Part shown: piece by piece, positions 10,136 through 23,859 of the stretch
Position numbering within the stretch: the first letter of the stretch is position 1
Layout: the number at the start of each line of letters is the position of its first letter
From: Carpediemonas membranifera BICM
Taxonomy: Eukaryota; Protista; Fornicata
Reading direction: 5' to 3'
Assembly: GCA_019828565.1 (NCBI GenBank)
Contig: JAHDYR010000005.1
Coordinates: 1,741,408 to 1,805,407, forward strand
DNA length: 64,000 nucleotides
Position numbers and translations under genes: made by a program
Notes under the pieces: generated by a model
Told to the model about the DNA's origin: nothing
Databases searched by the model: none
The model's input: the letters and a program-made list of their open reading frames with translations, nothing else

Positions 10136-13100
10136 ATGGTATCCAGAGGAAAGTTGCTCGATTCGCCGCCGCAAGGCGACGAATCCTGCCATACATCCGA
10201 TGAAGGACCAGGTGACACGAATTACCTGAAACTAGCGCTGTTCGCTGCGCTCCTGCGCGTAATGGACGAAATTCGTCAGCACTGCCCGAAAGGCTCGTGG
10301 CCGAAGAACGCTGAGGCCTTCATCGAGGTTTGTATGAACAAAGATCGTTTATTGCGCCTTGTGACGGACAACAAACGCTTCTTCACGATCAACAACCTTT
10401 CTTTGATCACGGACTACGTTCATGCGGCCACAAACCGCTTCGGGCCAGGCCATAAGCCGAAGGCATCCCGCCGTGATGACCACATCGCCAATGCCACTTC
10501 ACTTCTTCACGCCGCAGCCACCAACCAGGTGTTCACTGCTACGATCTCGATTGATCGTGCCAACGAGGCCCTCGAGCGCGTGATACGGGGCAGAAGGACC
10601 GATGAGCAGCTCATGAGGGAGCACCCTCGTCCGCTCCGCCCGTCCGAGATCGCCGCTCGCCGCGCCAAGACCGGGCGTCAGTCATACGCCCAACTGATCA
10701 GCCGTGTCGAGGAGGCCCGCCCGGCAAGCCCTGCGCGAGACCGCACTGCCTTCCTCGAGGCAGAAGCATACGCGTGTCGCGTAGCTGCTGGCCGCGCAGA
10801 CCGTCAACAGCAGGGTGATAGGCCCCCGAGCCCCACCCCTGCCGATGCTGCCCCACCGACTCCGCTGCCGCCCTAACTGGGCCGCAGCCGCCAGCGGGAT
10901 GACCGGTCTACCGACCCCACCCCTGCCCAGGCTGCCCCCACCGACTCCGCTGCCGCCCTAACTGGGCCGCAGCCCGCAACCGCCCCGCAGGGTGACAGGC
11001 CCACGCGCCAGACCCCCGCCCAGGTTGCCCCCACCCAGCCAGAGGAGAGGAACATCGACGACACCGCAGTGTCCGAGTTCCTCTCCCTGGCGGGCGTCGA
11101 AGGCGGGGAAGGGGAGAGAGCTGAGCCAGAGACCAGGCACGAAGCCCGTGGTGACTCAGCCAACCCTCCCCTTCGCCCGCCGCCGCAGGCAAGCCAAGGC
11201 CCTGAACCACGTACATTTGTGTACACAGGCCCTCCTGGCGCTCTTAACCAGATCACGGAGGCGCACCCTGGGCCAGCATCATCCACGCCTACCCAGGGGT
11301 GGCTGAGCCTTGCCAAGCTGGATCGACTCCGGCATAGGTTCACCGCAAACATCCCGACCCACCTGGTCGAGTCTCATTGGGGCTCGGCCGAGCAGGTAAG
11401 GTCCACACTCACGACAGCAGTCCGGGTCGGAGAAGTGTCCGGCGGGCAGAATGGCGTCCACAGGATGTCACGTGAACGCTGGACACAGCTTCTCGAGGGC
11501 CTCTTCGCGGACGAGCCGGACAGGCGGCCACCCTACAGCTTCCCCGAAAGGGTTCCGCGAGTTCACACCAAGGTTGGTCTACTTCATGAGGGAGGCCTGC
11601 GGACTCCGGCAGGACCCCACAACCGGTGGTCCACCGCACACCAGACCCAGTCTGACCCAGCGGAGACCGAGAGCCGCACTCCTCCCCATGCCACCAACTG
11701 ACCCCATCGCAGGCGACTTGCCCCTCGAACTGGCGTTCCTTCCCCATCCAGCTGAAGCCGGCCGTATCGGCCGATCAAAGCCATCGCGAAAGGCGGCAGC
11801 CAGGTTTGTGAACGGGCTGATCCAGCTGCTCGTGGCCCTTGCCAACGCCCCGGAGAGTCGGAAGCGAGAGGCGCTAGCCGCCGTCCTTCGGCACGCGCGG
11901 ACCGTATACCGCCCTGGGAAGAAGGGCGTTTCTCTCCGGGCCCGCTCTCCGGAGCGAGCTGCATACTCGAAGGCCGCCGCAGGGTACTATTCAAGCGCCA
12001 TGAAGGTCCTGCTCTCTGAGGAGATGACACTCACGCCGGGTCAGATCGACCAGAAGCTGGAGGAAATGCAGGCCACCCCACTTCACGATCCCCAGACACC
12101 GGCACTCACACCCCACACCGACGCACTGACGTCCTTTGAGATCACGTTCGAGGCGGTTGACGAAGCCCTAGGAAGGATGAGGGCGGACTCGGCACCGGGC
12201 CCATCCGGGCTGAGCTTCTTGCATCTCAAACTGGCCCACAGACTGCGGAAAGGCAAGCTTGTCCAGGCGCTGCTACCTCTCGTGAGAGATATCATCGCAG
12301 GAGAGGAGTACACAAGCATCCTCGCGCACGCACGGCTCATCGCGCTACCAAAGGGCCAAGATCGCGTCAGACCCATCGCTATGGGCGAGTCTCTCCGACG
12401 CCTTGCCGCGAAGGTCCTTGCCTCAGCCGTCTCGGCCCGCCTCCGGGACGATGGGGTCTGCCCAGAGCAGTATGGGCTGGGTGAGAGCTGCGGCCTGGAC
12501 ATCATGACCAACAAGATCGCCGAGGCCTACGAGTCGGGCCACAAGGTCTGTGCTGTGGACATGTCCAATGCGTATGGCACAGTGTCCCGGGCTCACCTTC
12601 ATGCAGTACTGCAGGCCTATGCCCCAGCCGCACTCCCATACTTCACTACGATGTACAGGAGAGGGCAAGCTGCTTACGCCGACTGGCAAGGTCATTGACA
12701 GCCGCGAGGGCATCCACCAGGGTGACCCGCTCTCGCCCGCACTCTTCACGCTGGCAATGATGCCCATCCTGAAGAGCCTCCGGTCTCAGCTCCCGAGCGC
12801 CACCATTCTCGGGTACCAAGATGACTTGTACGGTCTCTTGCCCGCCCACGCGGACCAACGCTCGATAGAGACGTTCTACGTGCGAGTGGAAGCAGCATGC
12901 AAGGCCGTTGGTATGCGCGTCAACAGGCAGAAGTGCCTCATCCTGACGAAGGCCGGATCACTTGGCAGACGGAGCGGACGCGCGTTGGGAATCCCCGTAG
13001 GAGACGACGCCGGCATCTCCCAGGCAGTGGATGATATCTTCACGCGCATGGAGGAGGCGCTCGAACGCGTCGCTGAAATGACGGAGACCGTGGGGCCAAA

Positions 13101-14331
13101 AGCAGCCGCCGTAGCGATCAACATGATCAGGTCATGCGTTCTACCGATGGCTTCAGCAGTATTTCGCAACGTGAGCCCGATCGGGCACGAATGCCGAACC
13201 AAAAGGCTCGAACACACGCTGAGAACCGTTATCGGCCGCATACTTCAAGAAACGGACGTTTCAAATATCCCAAAAGAGCGCCTTGCACTTGATTATGATG
13301 ACTACGGGCTTCGGATTCCACTTCCCTCTCTCATTTGGCAATGTGCGTTTTTAGGAGCAGCGCACCAGCTGCACGCCCTAGGCATCACAAGGGCCATGGA
13401 GGAGGAGCTATTCGCTCCCAATGGGTGCCAGAGGTGGCCCAAGACCACCCAGGACCTGTTCGACATCGAGGCTGAAAAGCCGCAGAAGACACTCACAACG
13501 ATGTTGGCAGAGACCTGGACGGCCAATTACCGCCCCAAGACACCCCACGACTTCAGTCTAGACCCCGAGGAGGTCTCCCAGGGCCTCACCGACTGCAGCT
13601 CCCTCACCGCACCCGCCGCCAGACTCCTCCGCAAAGAAGCCGCGCTGAGCCCCCTCGACCTCGAGCAGACCTCCTGCGACAGCGTGTTCGTCCCCGTCAC
13701 CCGGGCGCACCTCAACATCGCCCCATTCCGCGAGATGCCGGTCACCTGCCCCCTCTGTGGCCAGCAGGACATCACGTGGCGCCACGCCCTCGGCTGCTCC
13801 TACCTGAAGGATGGCGCGACCAACGCACGCCACGACAGCATCAAGATGGCTGTGCACGATCTCGTGACCCAGGACGACCTACGCGGGCGGCCCATTCCCC
13901 GTTGCCGTCCAGAGGTCGACCTCCGCGACACACACCCACAGTTCCGCGTCACGAGCGCCGCAGCGCCCCACACACAAGCGGGCCGACCTCAAGGTCTGGG
14001 GCGAGCGCGACGTGGTCGGAAACGTCGTCCACGACGACGTCTACGTCGACTTCTACTGCGGGCTGCACCCCCGCGACGCCGAGCTCGAGAAGACCAAGGA
14101 GTACGCCAACTGGGACGTCACCTTCCTGGTCGCCGCCACCACCGTCGGCGGCGCCACGGAGTCCCGCCTGACCGCGGACTGGGCGGTGCAGTTTTGCGAC
14201 GCCATTGCACGGCCGCACCTGGCGGGAACCATGCGCGACCTGGTCTTCCTCAAGACCTGGGAGGGCAACCTCGCGTCTGGAGTGACTATGTCACTCAGTG
14301 CAAGGCCCGCTGGGCCGAGCACCACCCATAA
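10136..14331 (+). CDS. Retrotransposon polyprotein (U3), interrupted by single-base indels
   Basis: Track ORFs 10076-10876, 11069-11701, 11451-12698, 12550-14331 and 14012-14467 carry consecutive RT/RLE motifs. Confidence 0.8.
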
Positions 14332-14521
14332 TCGCCCTCACCAGAAATGCCGGAGTCGCGACTCGGCTGACTCGGCCACTCTAGGCTGCGTCGTCCCCGA
14401 GCCCCCCTGCGCCTCCCGCCCCATCGCCGCATCGCATAACGCATCCCCTGCCCCTGCGCGAGAGTAGTTGCTCGAAATTCCGCGGAGTCGCGTGTCGTTC
14501 GGACAACCTGGGAAAGTAAAT
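10143..14521 (+). mobile_element. Unit U3: N-module beta + about 2 linker repeats + body W (X-related mosaic)
   Basis: Body begins as X, diverges after about 11545 (FREFTPRLVYFMREACGLRQDP) and ends WAEHHP*. Confidence 0.92.
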
Positions 14522-14527
14522 TCGGCC

Positions 14528-17500
14528 ATGGTATCCAGAGGAAAGTTGCTCGATTCGCCGCCGCAAGGCGACGAATCCTGCCATACATCCGATGAAGGAC
14601 CTGGTACGTCTATTGACAAGCGATTAGCGCTGTTCGCTGCTCTTCTGCGGTGGATTAACGATTTCCATCCCTCCAGCTCGAAGAACTCTTGGCCGAAGGA
14701 TACTGAGGCCTTTATTGAGATCTGCATGAACAAAGAACGTCTATTGAGCCTTATTTCGGATTACAAGCGTTTCTTCACGGTGAGCAACTTGGTTTGGATA
14801 ACCAACTACGTTCACGCGGCGACAAATCGCTTCGGCCCCGGCCACAAGGTGAAAGCTTCCCGCCGCGACGATCACGTCGCAAATGCTGTCGCCATTCTGC
14901 ACGCTGCAGCCACTGATCAGGCGTTCACATCAACGCTCACCATCGAACGTGCGAACGAGGCTCTTGAGCGTATGATCGAGCACGCCATCGACCCAGTGAA
15001 AGCGAGAAGGATGAACCTCCTTCAGACTGTCCGAGGCCCTCAGAGGACGACGTCTGTAACCGCCTTGGTGAAGCGGGTCCAGCATGCGCCCCGCCCAGCC
15101 AGCCCACCGAATGCGGGCATCGCCCGCGAGTATGCGAGGGCCGATGCCTTCGCCCGACGCCAGGGTGACCGGCCCCCGAGCCCCACCCCTGCCGATGCTG
15201 CCCTCACCGACTCCGCTGTCGCCCTAACTGGGCCGCAGCCCGCAGCCGCCCCGCAGGGTGACAGGCCCACGCGCCAGATCCCCGCCCAGGTTGCCCCCAC
15301 CGACTCCGCTGCCGCCCTAACTGGGCCGCAGCCCGCAGCCGCCCCGCAGGGTGACAGGCCCCCGAGCCCCACCCCTGCCCAGGCTGCCCCCACCGACTCC
15401 GCTGCCGCCCTAACTGGGCCGCAGCCCGCAGCCGCCCAGCGGGATGACCGGTCTACCGACCCCACCCCTGCCCAGGCTGCCCCCACCGACTCCGCTGCCG
15501 CCCTAACTGGGCCGCAGCCCGCAGCCGCCCAGCGGGATGACCGGTCTACCGACCCCACCCCTGCCCAGGCTGCCCCCACCGACTCCGCTGCCGCCCCAAC
15601 TGGGCCGCAGCCCGCAGCCGCCCCGCAGGGTGACAGGCCCACGCGCCAGATCCCCGCCCAGGTTGCCCCCACCGACTCCGCTGCTCGCCCTAACTGGGCC
15701 GCAGCCCGCAGCCGCCCCGCAGGGTGACAGGCCCACGCGCCAGACCCCCGCCCAGGTTGCCCCCACCCAGCCAGAGGAGAGGAACATCGACGACACCGCA
15801 GTGTCCGAGTTCCTCTCCCTGGCGGGCGTCGAAGGCGGGGAAGGGGAGAGAGCTGAGTCAGAGACCGGGCACGATGCCCGTGGTGACTCAGCCAACCCTC
15901 CCCTTCGCCCGCCGCCGCAGGCAAGCCAAGGCCCTGAACCACGTACATTCGTATACACAGGACCTGACGCTCTGGTTGCCGCTCATCAGCAGGTTGCGCC
16001 TGGGGGGTGGCTAGACCTTGCCACGATTGATGGGATCCGCCGCACATTCGTTGAACATGTCCCCAGAGAGGACCGCAGCGGCATGTGGTCCACTAATGAC
16101 CAAGTCAGATCGACGCTGACGTCAGTCGAGGCCGTCCGCTGGCTCTCCAGGGGGCAGAACGGGCAGAACCGCATGTCCAGAGCACGCTGGACGGCTCTCC
16201 TCGAGCAGGTCTTTGCGGCTCACCCGAGGAACCGGCCGACGTATGCGTTCCCGCAAGGCCTGAAGTCGTTCGCACCCAGGTTCGTGGCATTCATCCGCGA
16301 GGGACTTGGATTGCCACCTGACCCGGCCATCCCCGCGGTTCCAGGACAGTCGTCGAGTCGACCCACTGCCCGTCGTGCGCCGTTGGTCCCGGCTCGGCCC
16401 CAGGCACAGCCGCACGCAACCTCCTCCCAGCAGCTGCCGGAGGAGCTCCGATTCCTGCCCTCGCCGACTGAGGCAGGAAGGATTGGGAAGGCCAAGCCGT
16501 CAAAGAAGGGCGCACTGCCGTTCGTGAAGGGCCTGATCAACCGCTTCGTAGCTCTCAACGAGGCTCCCGCCTCGCGGAAGCGAGCTGCCCTCATTGCTGT
16601 CCTACAGCATCCGCGCACGGTGTACAGGCCCTCAAAGGAGCCGGTCGGGCTCAGAAGCCGGACACCTGAGTTTGCGGCGTATACCAAAGCAGCGGCCGGC
16701 TACTATTCGAGTGCGTTGAAGGTGCTCCTTGCGGAAGACCTCACACTGGCCCCGGCTGAAGTTGACGAGCAGTTGGAGGCGCTGCAGGAGGAGCCGGTGC
16801 TCAACCCGACCCTGTTCCACCCACCCAGGATGCCGGGTGCGCTTGAGTCGTTTGAGCTGACAGAGGAGGTCGTCACGCATGTCCTCGATCGACTGAAGAC
16901 TGACTCGGCACCTGGGCCATCGGGCCTCAGTTTTCTACATCTGAAGCTGGCCTATAGACTGCGGAAAGGCCAGTTCGTCAGGGCAATAACGCCGCTTTTG
17001 CTCGACATCATCAGTGGCGAAAGGTACACTGAGATCCTCTCCCATGCCCGGCTAGTTGCGCTACCGAAGGGGGCGGGCAACGTGCGCCCCATCGCCATGG
17101 GCGAGTGTCTACGCCGCGTGGCCGGGAAGGCTTTGGCCCGCGTGGTTGGCCTGCGCCTTGCCGCGGACGGGGTCTGCTCTGGCCAGTATGGACTGGGCGA
17201 GCCCTGTGGTCTTGACTGTATGGCTGACCTTCTGGCAGAGAGGTATGCAGCAGGCGACCAGGTATGTGCCGTCGACATGACTAACGCATATGGAACGGTG
17301 TCCAGGCAGCACCTCCGGGACGTCGCAGAGGCCTGGGTTCCCGCCCTGCTGCCGTACCTTGAGGTCATGTACCGTCAGGGTCGTCTGATCACCCCTACAG
17401 GACTCGTCATTCCGTCCAGGGAAGGGGGTACAGCAGGGGGATCCCATCTCTCCTGTCCTCTTCTCCCTGGCCATGAAACCTGTGCTAGACCAGCTGCGGT

Positions 17501-19068
17501 CTGAATTCCCGGACTGCGACCTGGTTGCATACCAGGATGATGCATACCTTGTCGCCCCCCGCGACACACCAAGCACACGTATTGATGCCTTCTTTGCTCG
17601 ATGCGCCGCACTGGCGAACGGCGTGGGTATGAAGGTCAACGCGGCCAAGTGTGTTGTCATCTCGAAGTTCGGGGTTTCGGGGAACATCCGGCGCGCTGTG
17701 TGCGGAAAGGCGGTCGGTGTCCCCATTGGGGATGCTGATGGCGAGGCTGCGGTAGTCGATGAAGTGTTCTGTGGCATGGAAGCGGCCATCGAAAGAATCG
17801 TTGCGATGGTGGAAGCAGTTGGTCCTGTTTCGGCCGGTGTTGCCATCAATATGCTGAGATCGTGTGTTTTGGCAATGCCTTCGGCAATCTATCGGTCTGT
17901 CTCTCCAGTTCCCCACCAATCCAGGACAATTCAGCTGGAAAGGAAAATCCTTCGAGCGATTGGCGACATCCTGCAGAAAATGGGCAGATTGCAAGTTCCT
18001 ACGCAGCGTATTGCGCTTGATTACGATGATTTCGGTCTTCGTATGCCTTTGCCATCGCTCGTGTGGAAGTGTGCATTTTTGGGCACAACACACCAACTGC
18101 ACACACTACGCCCCAACAGGACCGTCCCTCACCTTGACGAGTCGCTTTTCAAGCTCGATGGCAGCGCTGTATGGCCTGAAAGTGTCGAGGCTCTCTATGA
18201 GATCGAGGCCATGAAGCCTCAGAAGAAGCTAACCAAATTCCATAGAGATGCATGGGTGCTTGAGTTCCGCCCCAATCAGCCTGCTGACTTCGAGTTATGC
18301 CCAGATGCCGCCGTTCAGGCTCTACCGGAGTCAGCTGGCCGCCCCGCCCCCGCTGCCGGAGCACTCCGCAAGGAGGCCTCCCTCACGCCCTTGGAGCTCG
18401 ATCCGGCTCCACTGGGGTCCCTCTTTGTTCCCATTGTGCGGGCGCACCTCGACACGGCCCCATTCGAGGAGCTGCCTGAGGTCTGCCCGCTGTGCAACGC
18501 GCAAGCCATCACGTGGAAGCACGCCCTCTCGTGCCCCAACCAGACCGGAGGTGCCGACGATGCCCGCCATGACCACATTCGGGACGTTGTACAGGCCGTT
18601 GTCAGTGACGATGACATATCTGGCCGTCCAATGGCTGACGTGAAGCCCGAGCGCTGGCTCACCCGGGCCCACCCCAGGTTCCGGCAGGTGTCTGCCAGAG
18701 CGCCCACCCGCAAGAGGGCCGACCTCAAGGTCTCTGGTGAGCGTGACGTGGTTGGCAACGTGGTCCATGACGACGTCTATGTCGATTTTTACTGTGGAGT
18801 CAACCCGCGCGCGGCTGAGCTGGAGAAGGCCAGGGAGTACCAGAACTGGGCTATTACATTTATCCCAGCCGCCACCACCGTCCTGGGTGAGACTGAGTCC
18901 CGCATCACCGAGTGCTGGGCCGTGAAGCTCTGTGAGGCGATCGCCCGCCCCCACCTGGTCCCCAGGGTCAAGCACCGCACCTTCCTCTCGGTCTGGGCAG
19001 ACAACATCCGCGTCTGGTCGGACTATGTCTCCCAGTGCAAGGCCCGTTGGGCCGAGCACCACCAATAA
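14528..19068 (+). CDS. Retrotransposon polyprotein (U4), two single-base indels
   Basis: Track ORFs 14468-15727, 15537-17504 and 17473-19068. Confidence 0.82.
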
Positions 19069-19260
19069 TCTGCCCTCCCCACAAAATGCCGGAGTCGCGA
19101 CTCGGCTGACTCGGCCACTCTAGGCTGCGTCGTCCCCGAGCCCCCCTGCGCCTCCCGCCCCATCGCCGCATCGCATAACGCATCCCCTGCCCCTGCGCGA
19201 GAGTAGTTGCTCGAAATTCCGCGGAGTCGCGTGTCGTTCGGACAACCTGGGAAAGTAAAT
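14535..19260 (+). mobile_element. Unit U4: N-module alpha + about 6 linker repeats + body Y
   Basis: Body DALVAAHQQVAPGGWLDL...WAEHHQ*; near-identical to U6 and U8. Confidence 0.92.
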
Positions 19261-19266
19261 TCGGCC

Positions 19267-22200
19267 ATGGTATCCAGAGGAAAGTTGCTCGATTCGCCGC
19301 CGCAAGGCGACGAATCCTGCCATACATCCGATGACGGACCAGGTGACACGAATTACCAGAAACTAGCGCTGTTCGCTGCGCTCCTGCGCGTAATGGACGA
19401 AATTCGTCAGCACTGCCCGAAAGGCTCGTGGCCGAAGAACGCTGAGGCCTTCATCGAGGTTTGTATGAACAAAGATCGTTTATTGCGCCTTGTGACGGAC
19501 AACAAACGCTTCTTCACGATCAACAACCTTTCTTTGATCACGGACTACGTTCATGCGGCCACAAACCGCTTCGGGCCAGGCCATAAGCCGAAGGCATCCC
19601 GCCGTGATGACCACATCGCCAATGCCACTTCACTTCTTCACGCCGCAGCCACCAACCAGGTGTTCACTGCTACGATCTCGATTGATCGTGCCAACGAGGC
19701 CCTCGAGCGCGTGATACGGGGCAGAAGGACCGATGAGCAGCTCATGAGGGAGCACCCTCGTCCGCTCCGCCCGTCCGAGATCGCCGCTCGCCGCGCCAAG
19801 ACCGGGCGTCAGTCATACGCCCAACTGATCAGCCGTGTCGAGGAGGCCCGCCCGGCAAGCCCTGCGCGAGACCGCACTGCCTTCCTCGAGGCAGAAGCAT
19901 ACGCGTGTCGCGTAGCTGCTGGCCGCGCAGACCGTCAACAGCAGGGTGATAGGCCCCCGAGCCCCACCCCTGCCGATGCTGCCCCCCACCGACTCCGCTG
20001 CCGCCCTAACTGGGCCGCAGCCCGCAGCCGCCCCGCAGGGTGACAGGCCCCACGAGCCCCACCCCTGCCCAGTGCTGCCCCCCACCGACTCCGCTGTCGC
20101 CCTAACTGGGCCGCAGCCCGCAGCCGCCCAGCAGGATGACCGGCCCCCGAGCCCCACCCCTGCCCCAGGCTGCCCCCACCGACTCCGCTGCCGCCCCTAA
20201 CTGGGCCGCAGCCCGCAGCCGCCCCGCAGGGTGACCGGCCCCCGAGCCCCACCCCTGCCGATGCTGCCCCCCACCGACTCCGCTGCCGCCCTAACTGGGC
20301 CGCAGCCCGCAACCGCCCCGCAGGGTGACAGGCCCACGCGCCAGACCCCCGCCCAGGTTGCCCCCACCCAGCCAGAGGAGAGGAACATCGACGACACCGC
20401 AGTGTCCGAGTTCCTCTCCCTGGCGGGCGTCGAAGACGGGGAAGGGGAGAGAGCTGAGTCAGAGACCGGGCACGAAGCCCGTGGTGACTCAGCCAACCCT
20501 CCCCTTCGCCCGCCGCCGCAGGCAAGCCAAGGCCCTGAACCACGTACATTTGTGTACACAGGACCTCCTGGCGCTCTTAACCAGATCACGGAGGCGCACC
20601 CTGGGCCAGCATCATCCACGCCTACCCAGGGGTGGCTGAGCCTTGCCAAGCTGGATCGACTCCGGCATAGGTTCACCGCAAACATCCCGACCCACCTGGT
20701 CGAGTCTCATTGGGGCTCGGCCGAGCAGGTAAGGTCCACACTCACGACAGCAGTCCGGGTCGGAGAAGTGTCCGGCGGGCAGAATGGCGTCCACAGGATG
20801 TCACGTGAACGCTGGACACAGCTTCTCGAGGGCCTCTTCGCGGACGAGCCGGACAGGCGGCCACCCTACAGCTTCCCCAAAGGGTTCAGGCAGTTCACGC
20901 CGAGGTTTGTGTTCTTCATGAGAGAGGCATGCGGTCTTCCGCCGGACCCTAGTGCTGAGGCCCCGCCCCATGCCGGGCCCAGCCAGCCCCCACGGAGACC
21001 GAGAGCAGCGCTCCTGCCCCTGCCGCCGGCCGACCCTCTCGCGGGCGACCTGCCGATCGAGCTGTCATATCTGCCTCACCCCGCGGAAGCCGGACGCATC
21101 GGCCGGGCGAAGCCCTCACGGAAGGCTGCCGCGGGATTCGTGAACGGGCTGATCCGGCTGCTCGTGACCCTGGCGAACGCGCCGCAGAACCGGAAGCGGG
21201 AGGCGCTAGCCGCCGTCCTTCGGCACGCGCGGACAGTATATCGCCCTGGGAAGAAGGGGATCTCCCTCCGCACCCGCTCCCCAGAGCGAGCTGCATACTC
21301 GAAGGCCGCCGCCGGGTATTACTCCAGCGCCATGAAGGTCCTGCTCTCTGAGGAGATGACACTCACGCCGGGTCAGATCGACCAGAAGCTGGAGGAGATG
21401 CAGGCCGCCCCGCTGAGAGATCCCCAGACGCCGGCTCTCACACGCCGCGCCGACGCGCTCACGTCCTTTGAGGTCACCTTCGAGGCCGTAGACGAGGCGC
21501 TGGGGAAGATGAGAGCGGACTCGGCCCCCGGCCCATCCGGGCTGAGCTTCTTGCATCTGAAACTCGCTCATCGACTCCGGAAGGGCCAGTTGGTGCAGGC
21601 ACTCCTGCCCCTTGTGCGCGACATCATTGCCGGCGAGGAGTACACGGGTATCCTCGCTCACGCACGGCTCATCGCACTGCCGAAGGGCGAAGATCGGGTC
21701 AGACCCATCGCCATGGGCGAGGCGCTCCGGCGCCTGGCCGCGAAGGTCCTCGCCTCGGCCGTCTCGTCGCGTCTCCGTAATGACGGCGTCTGCCCTGAGC
21801 AGTACGGGCTCGGCGAGAGCTGCGGCCTGGACGTTATGACCGCGAAAATTGCGGAAGCGTACGACGAAGGGCTCAAGGTCTGTGCTGTTGACATGACTAA
21901 CGCCTACGGAACCGTGTCCCGCGCCCACCTCCGTGTGGTGCTCGAGGCGCACGCCCCAGCCGCCCTCCCCTATTTCTCCACCATGTATGGCGAGGGCAAG
22001 CTGCTGACCCCGACCGGGCACGTCATAGCCAGCCGAGAGGGCATCCACCAGGGGGACCCCCTGTCCCCAGCCCTCTTCACGCTGGCTATGACGCCCCTCC
22101 TCGGCAGCCTCCGGTCGCAACTTCCCAGTACGACCATCCTCGGCTACCAGGACGACGTGTACGGGCTGCTGCCCCGGCAGGCAGACCAGCGGACGATCGA

Positions 22201-23661
22201 TACATTCTACGCGCGTGTGGAGGCGGCGTGTGGAGCCGTCGGTATGCGGGTGAACCGACTGAAGTGCCTCGTCCTGGCGAAGACGGGGACACTGGGCCAA
22301 AAAAGCGGACGGGTGCTCGGTATCCCCGTAGGCGACGACGCGGGCGTTGCCAACGCTGTGGACGCGGCCTTCTCGCGCATGGAGGACGCGCTCGTGCGGG
22401 TGGCCGAGATGACCGAGGCAGTGGGGCCGAAAGCGGCCTCGGTGGCGGTCAATCTGATCAGGTCTTGCGTTCTTCCGATGCCTTCGGCAATCTTTCGCAA
22501 CGTGAGCCCGATTGGCCACGAATGCCGCACAAAAAGCCTGGAGCGGAAGCTGAGAGCTGCCATCGCACGCATCCTTCAGGTATCCGACGTCACAAAGATA
22601 CCCGAAGAGCGTCTAGCGCTCGATTTCGCCGACTACGGGCTCCGTATCCCTCTTCCGTCGCTCATCTGGAAGTGTGCATTTTTGGGCGCAGCCCACCAGC
22701 TGCACGCCCTAGGCATCACCCGGGACATGGAGGCGGCGCTGTTCTCTCCAGAAGAGTGCCAGGAGTGGCCCAAAACCATCCAGGAACTGTTTAGCATCGA
22801 GGCTGAAAAGCCGCAGAAGACACTCACTACGATGCTTGCAAAAGCCTGGACGGCCAAGTACCGCCCCAAGACACCCGCCGACTTCGGCCTAGACCCCGAG
22901 GAGGTCTCCCAGGGCCTCTCTGACTGCAGCTCCCTCGAGGCCCCCGCCGCCGGACTCCTCCGCAAAGAAGCCGCGCTGAGCCCCCTCGACCTCGAGCAGA
23001 CCTCCTGCGACAGCGTGTTCGTCCCCGTCACCCGGGCGCACCTCAACATCGCCCCATTCCGCGAGATGCCGGTCACCTGCCCCCTCTGTGGCCAGCAGGA
23101 CATCACGTGGCGCCACGCCCTCGGCTGCTCCTACCTGAAGGATGGCGCGACCAACGCACGCCACGACAGCATCAAGATGGCTGTGCACGATCTCGTGACC
23201 CAGGACGACCTCCGCGGGCGCCCCATCCCCACTGCAAGCCCGAGTTCGATCTGCTCGACACCCACCCTAGGTTCCGCGTCACGAGCGCCGACGCCCCCAC
23301 ACACAAGCGGGCTGACCTCAAGGTCTGGGGCGAGCGCGACGTGGTCGGAAACGTCGTCCACGACGACGTCTACGTCGACTTCTACTGCGGTCTTCACCCC
23401 CGCGACGCCGAGACCGAGAAGACCCGGGAGTACGCCAACTGGGACGTCACCTTCCTGGTCGCCGCCACCACCGTCGGCGGCGCCACGGAGTCCCGCCTGA
23501 CCGCGGACTGGGCGGTGCAGTTTTGCGACGCCATTGCACGGCCGCACCTGGCGGGAACCATGCGCGACACGGCCTTCCTGAAGGCCTGGGAGGGCAACCT
23601 CAGCATCTGGAGTGACTATGTCAGCCAGTGCAAGGCCCGCTGGGCCGAGCTCAACCTATAA
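19267..23661 (+). CDS. Retrotransposon polyprotein (U5), indels in C-runs
   Basis: Track ORF 20231-23500 (1089 aa) holds the complete RT with YQDD and the CCHC knuckle; the RLE is in 23107-23661. Confidence 0.85.
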
Positions 23662-23853
23662 CCAGGTCCCTGCACAGAAATCTGGAGTCGCGACTCGGCT
23701 GACTTGGCCACTCTAGGCTGCGTCGTCCCCGAGCCCCCCTGCGCCTCCCGCCCCATCGCCGCATCGCATAACGCATCCCCTGCCCCTGCGCGAGAGTAGT
23801 TGCTCGAAATTCCGCGGAGTCGCGTGTCGTTCGGACAACCTGGGAAAGTAAAT
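19274..23853 (+). mobile_element. Unit U5: N-module beta + about 4 linker repeats + body X
   Basis: Beta N-terminus joined to the same X body as U1 and U7. Confidence 0.92.
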
Positions 23854-23859
23854 TCGGCC

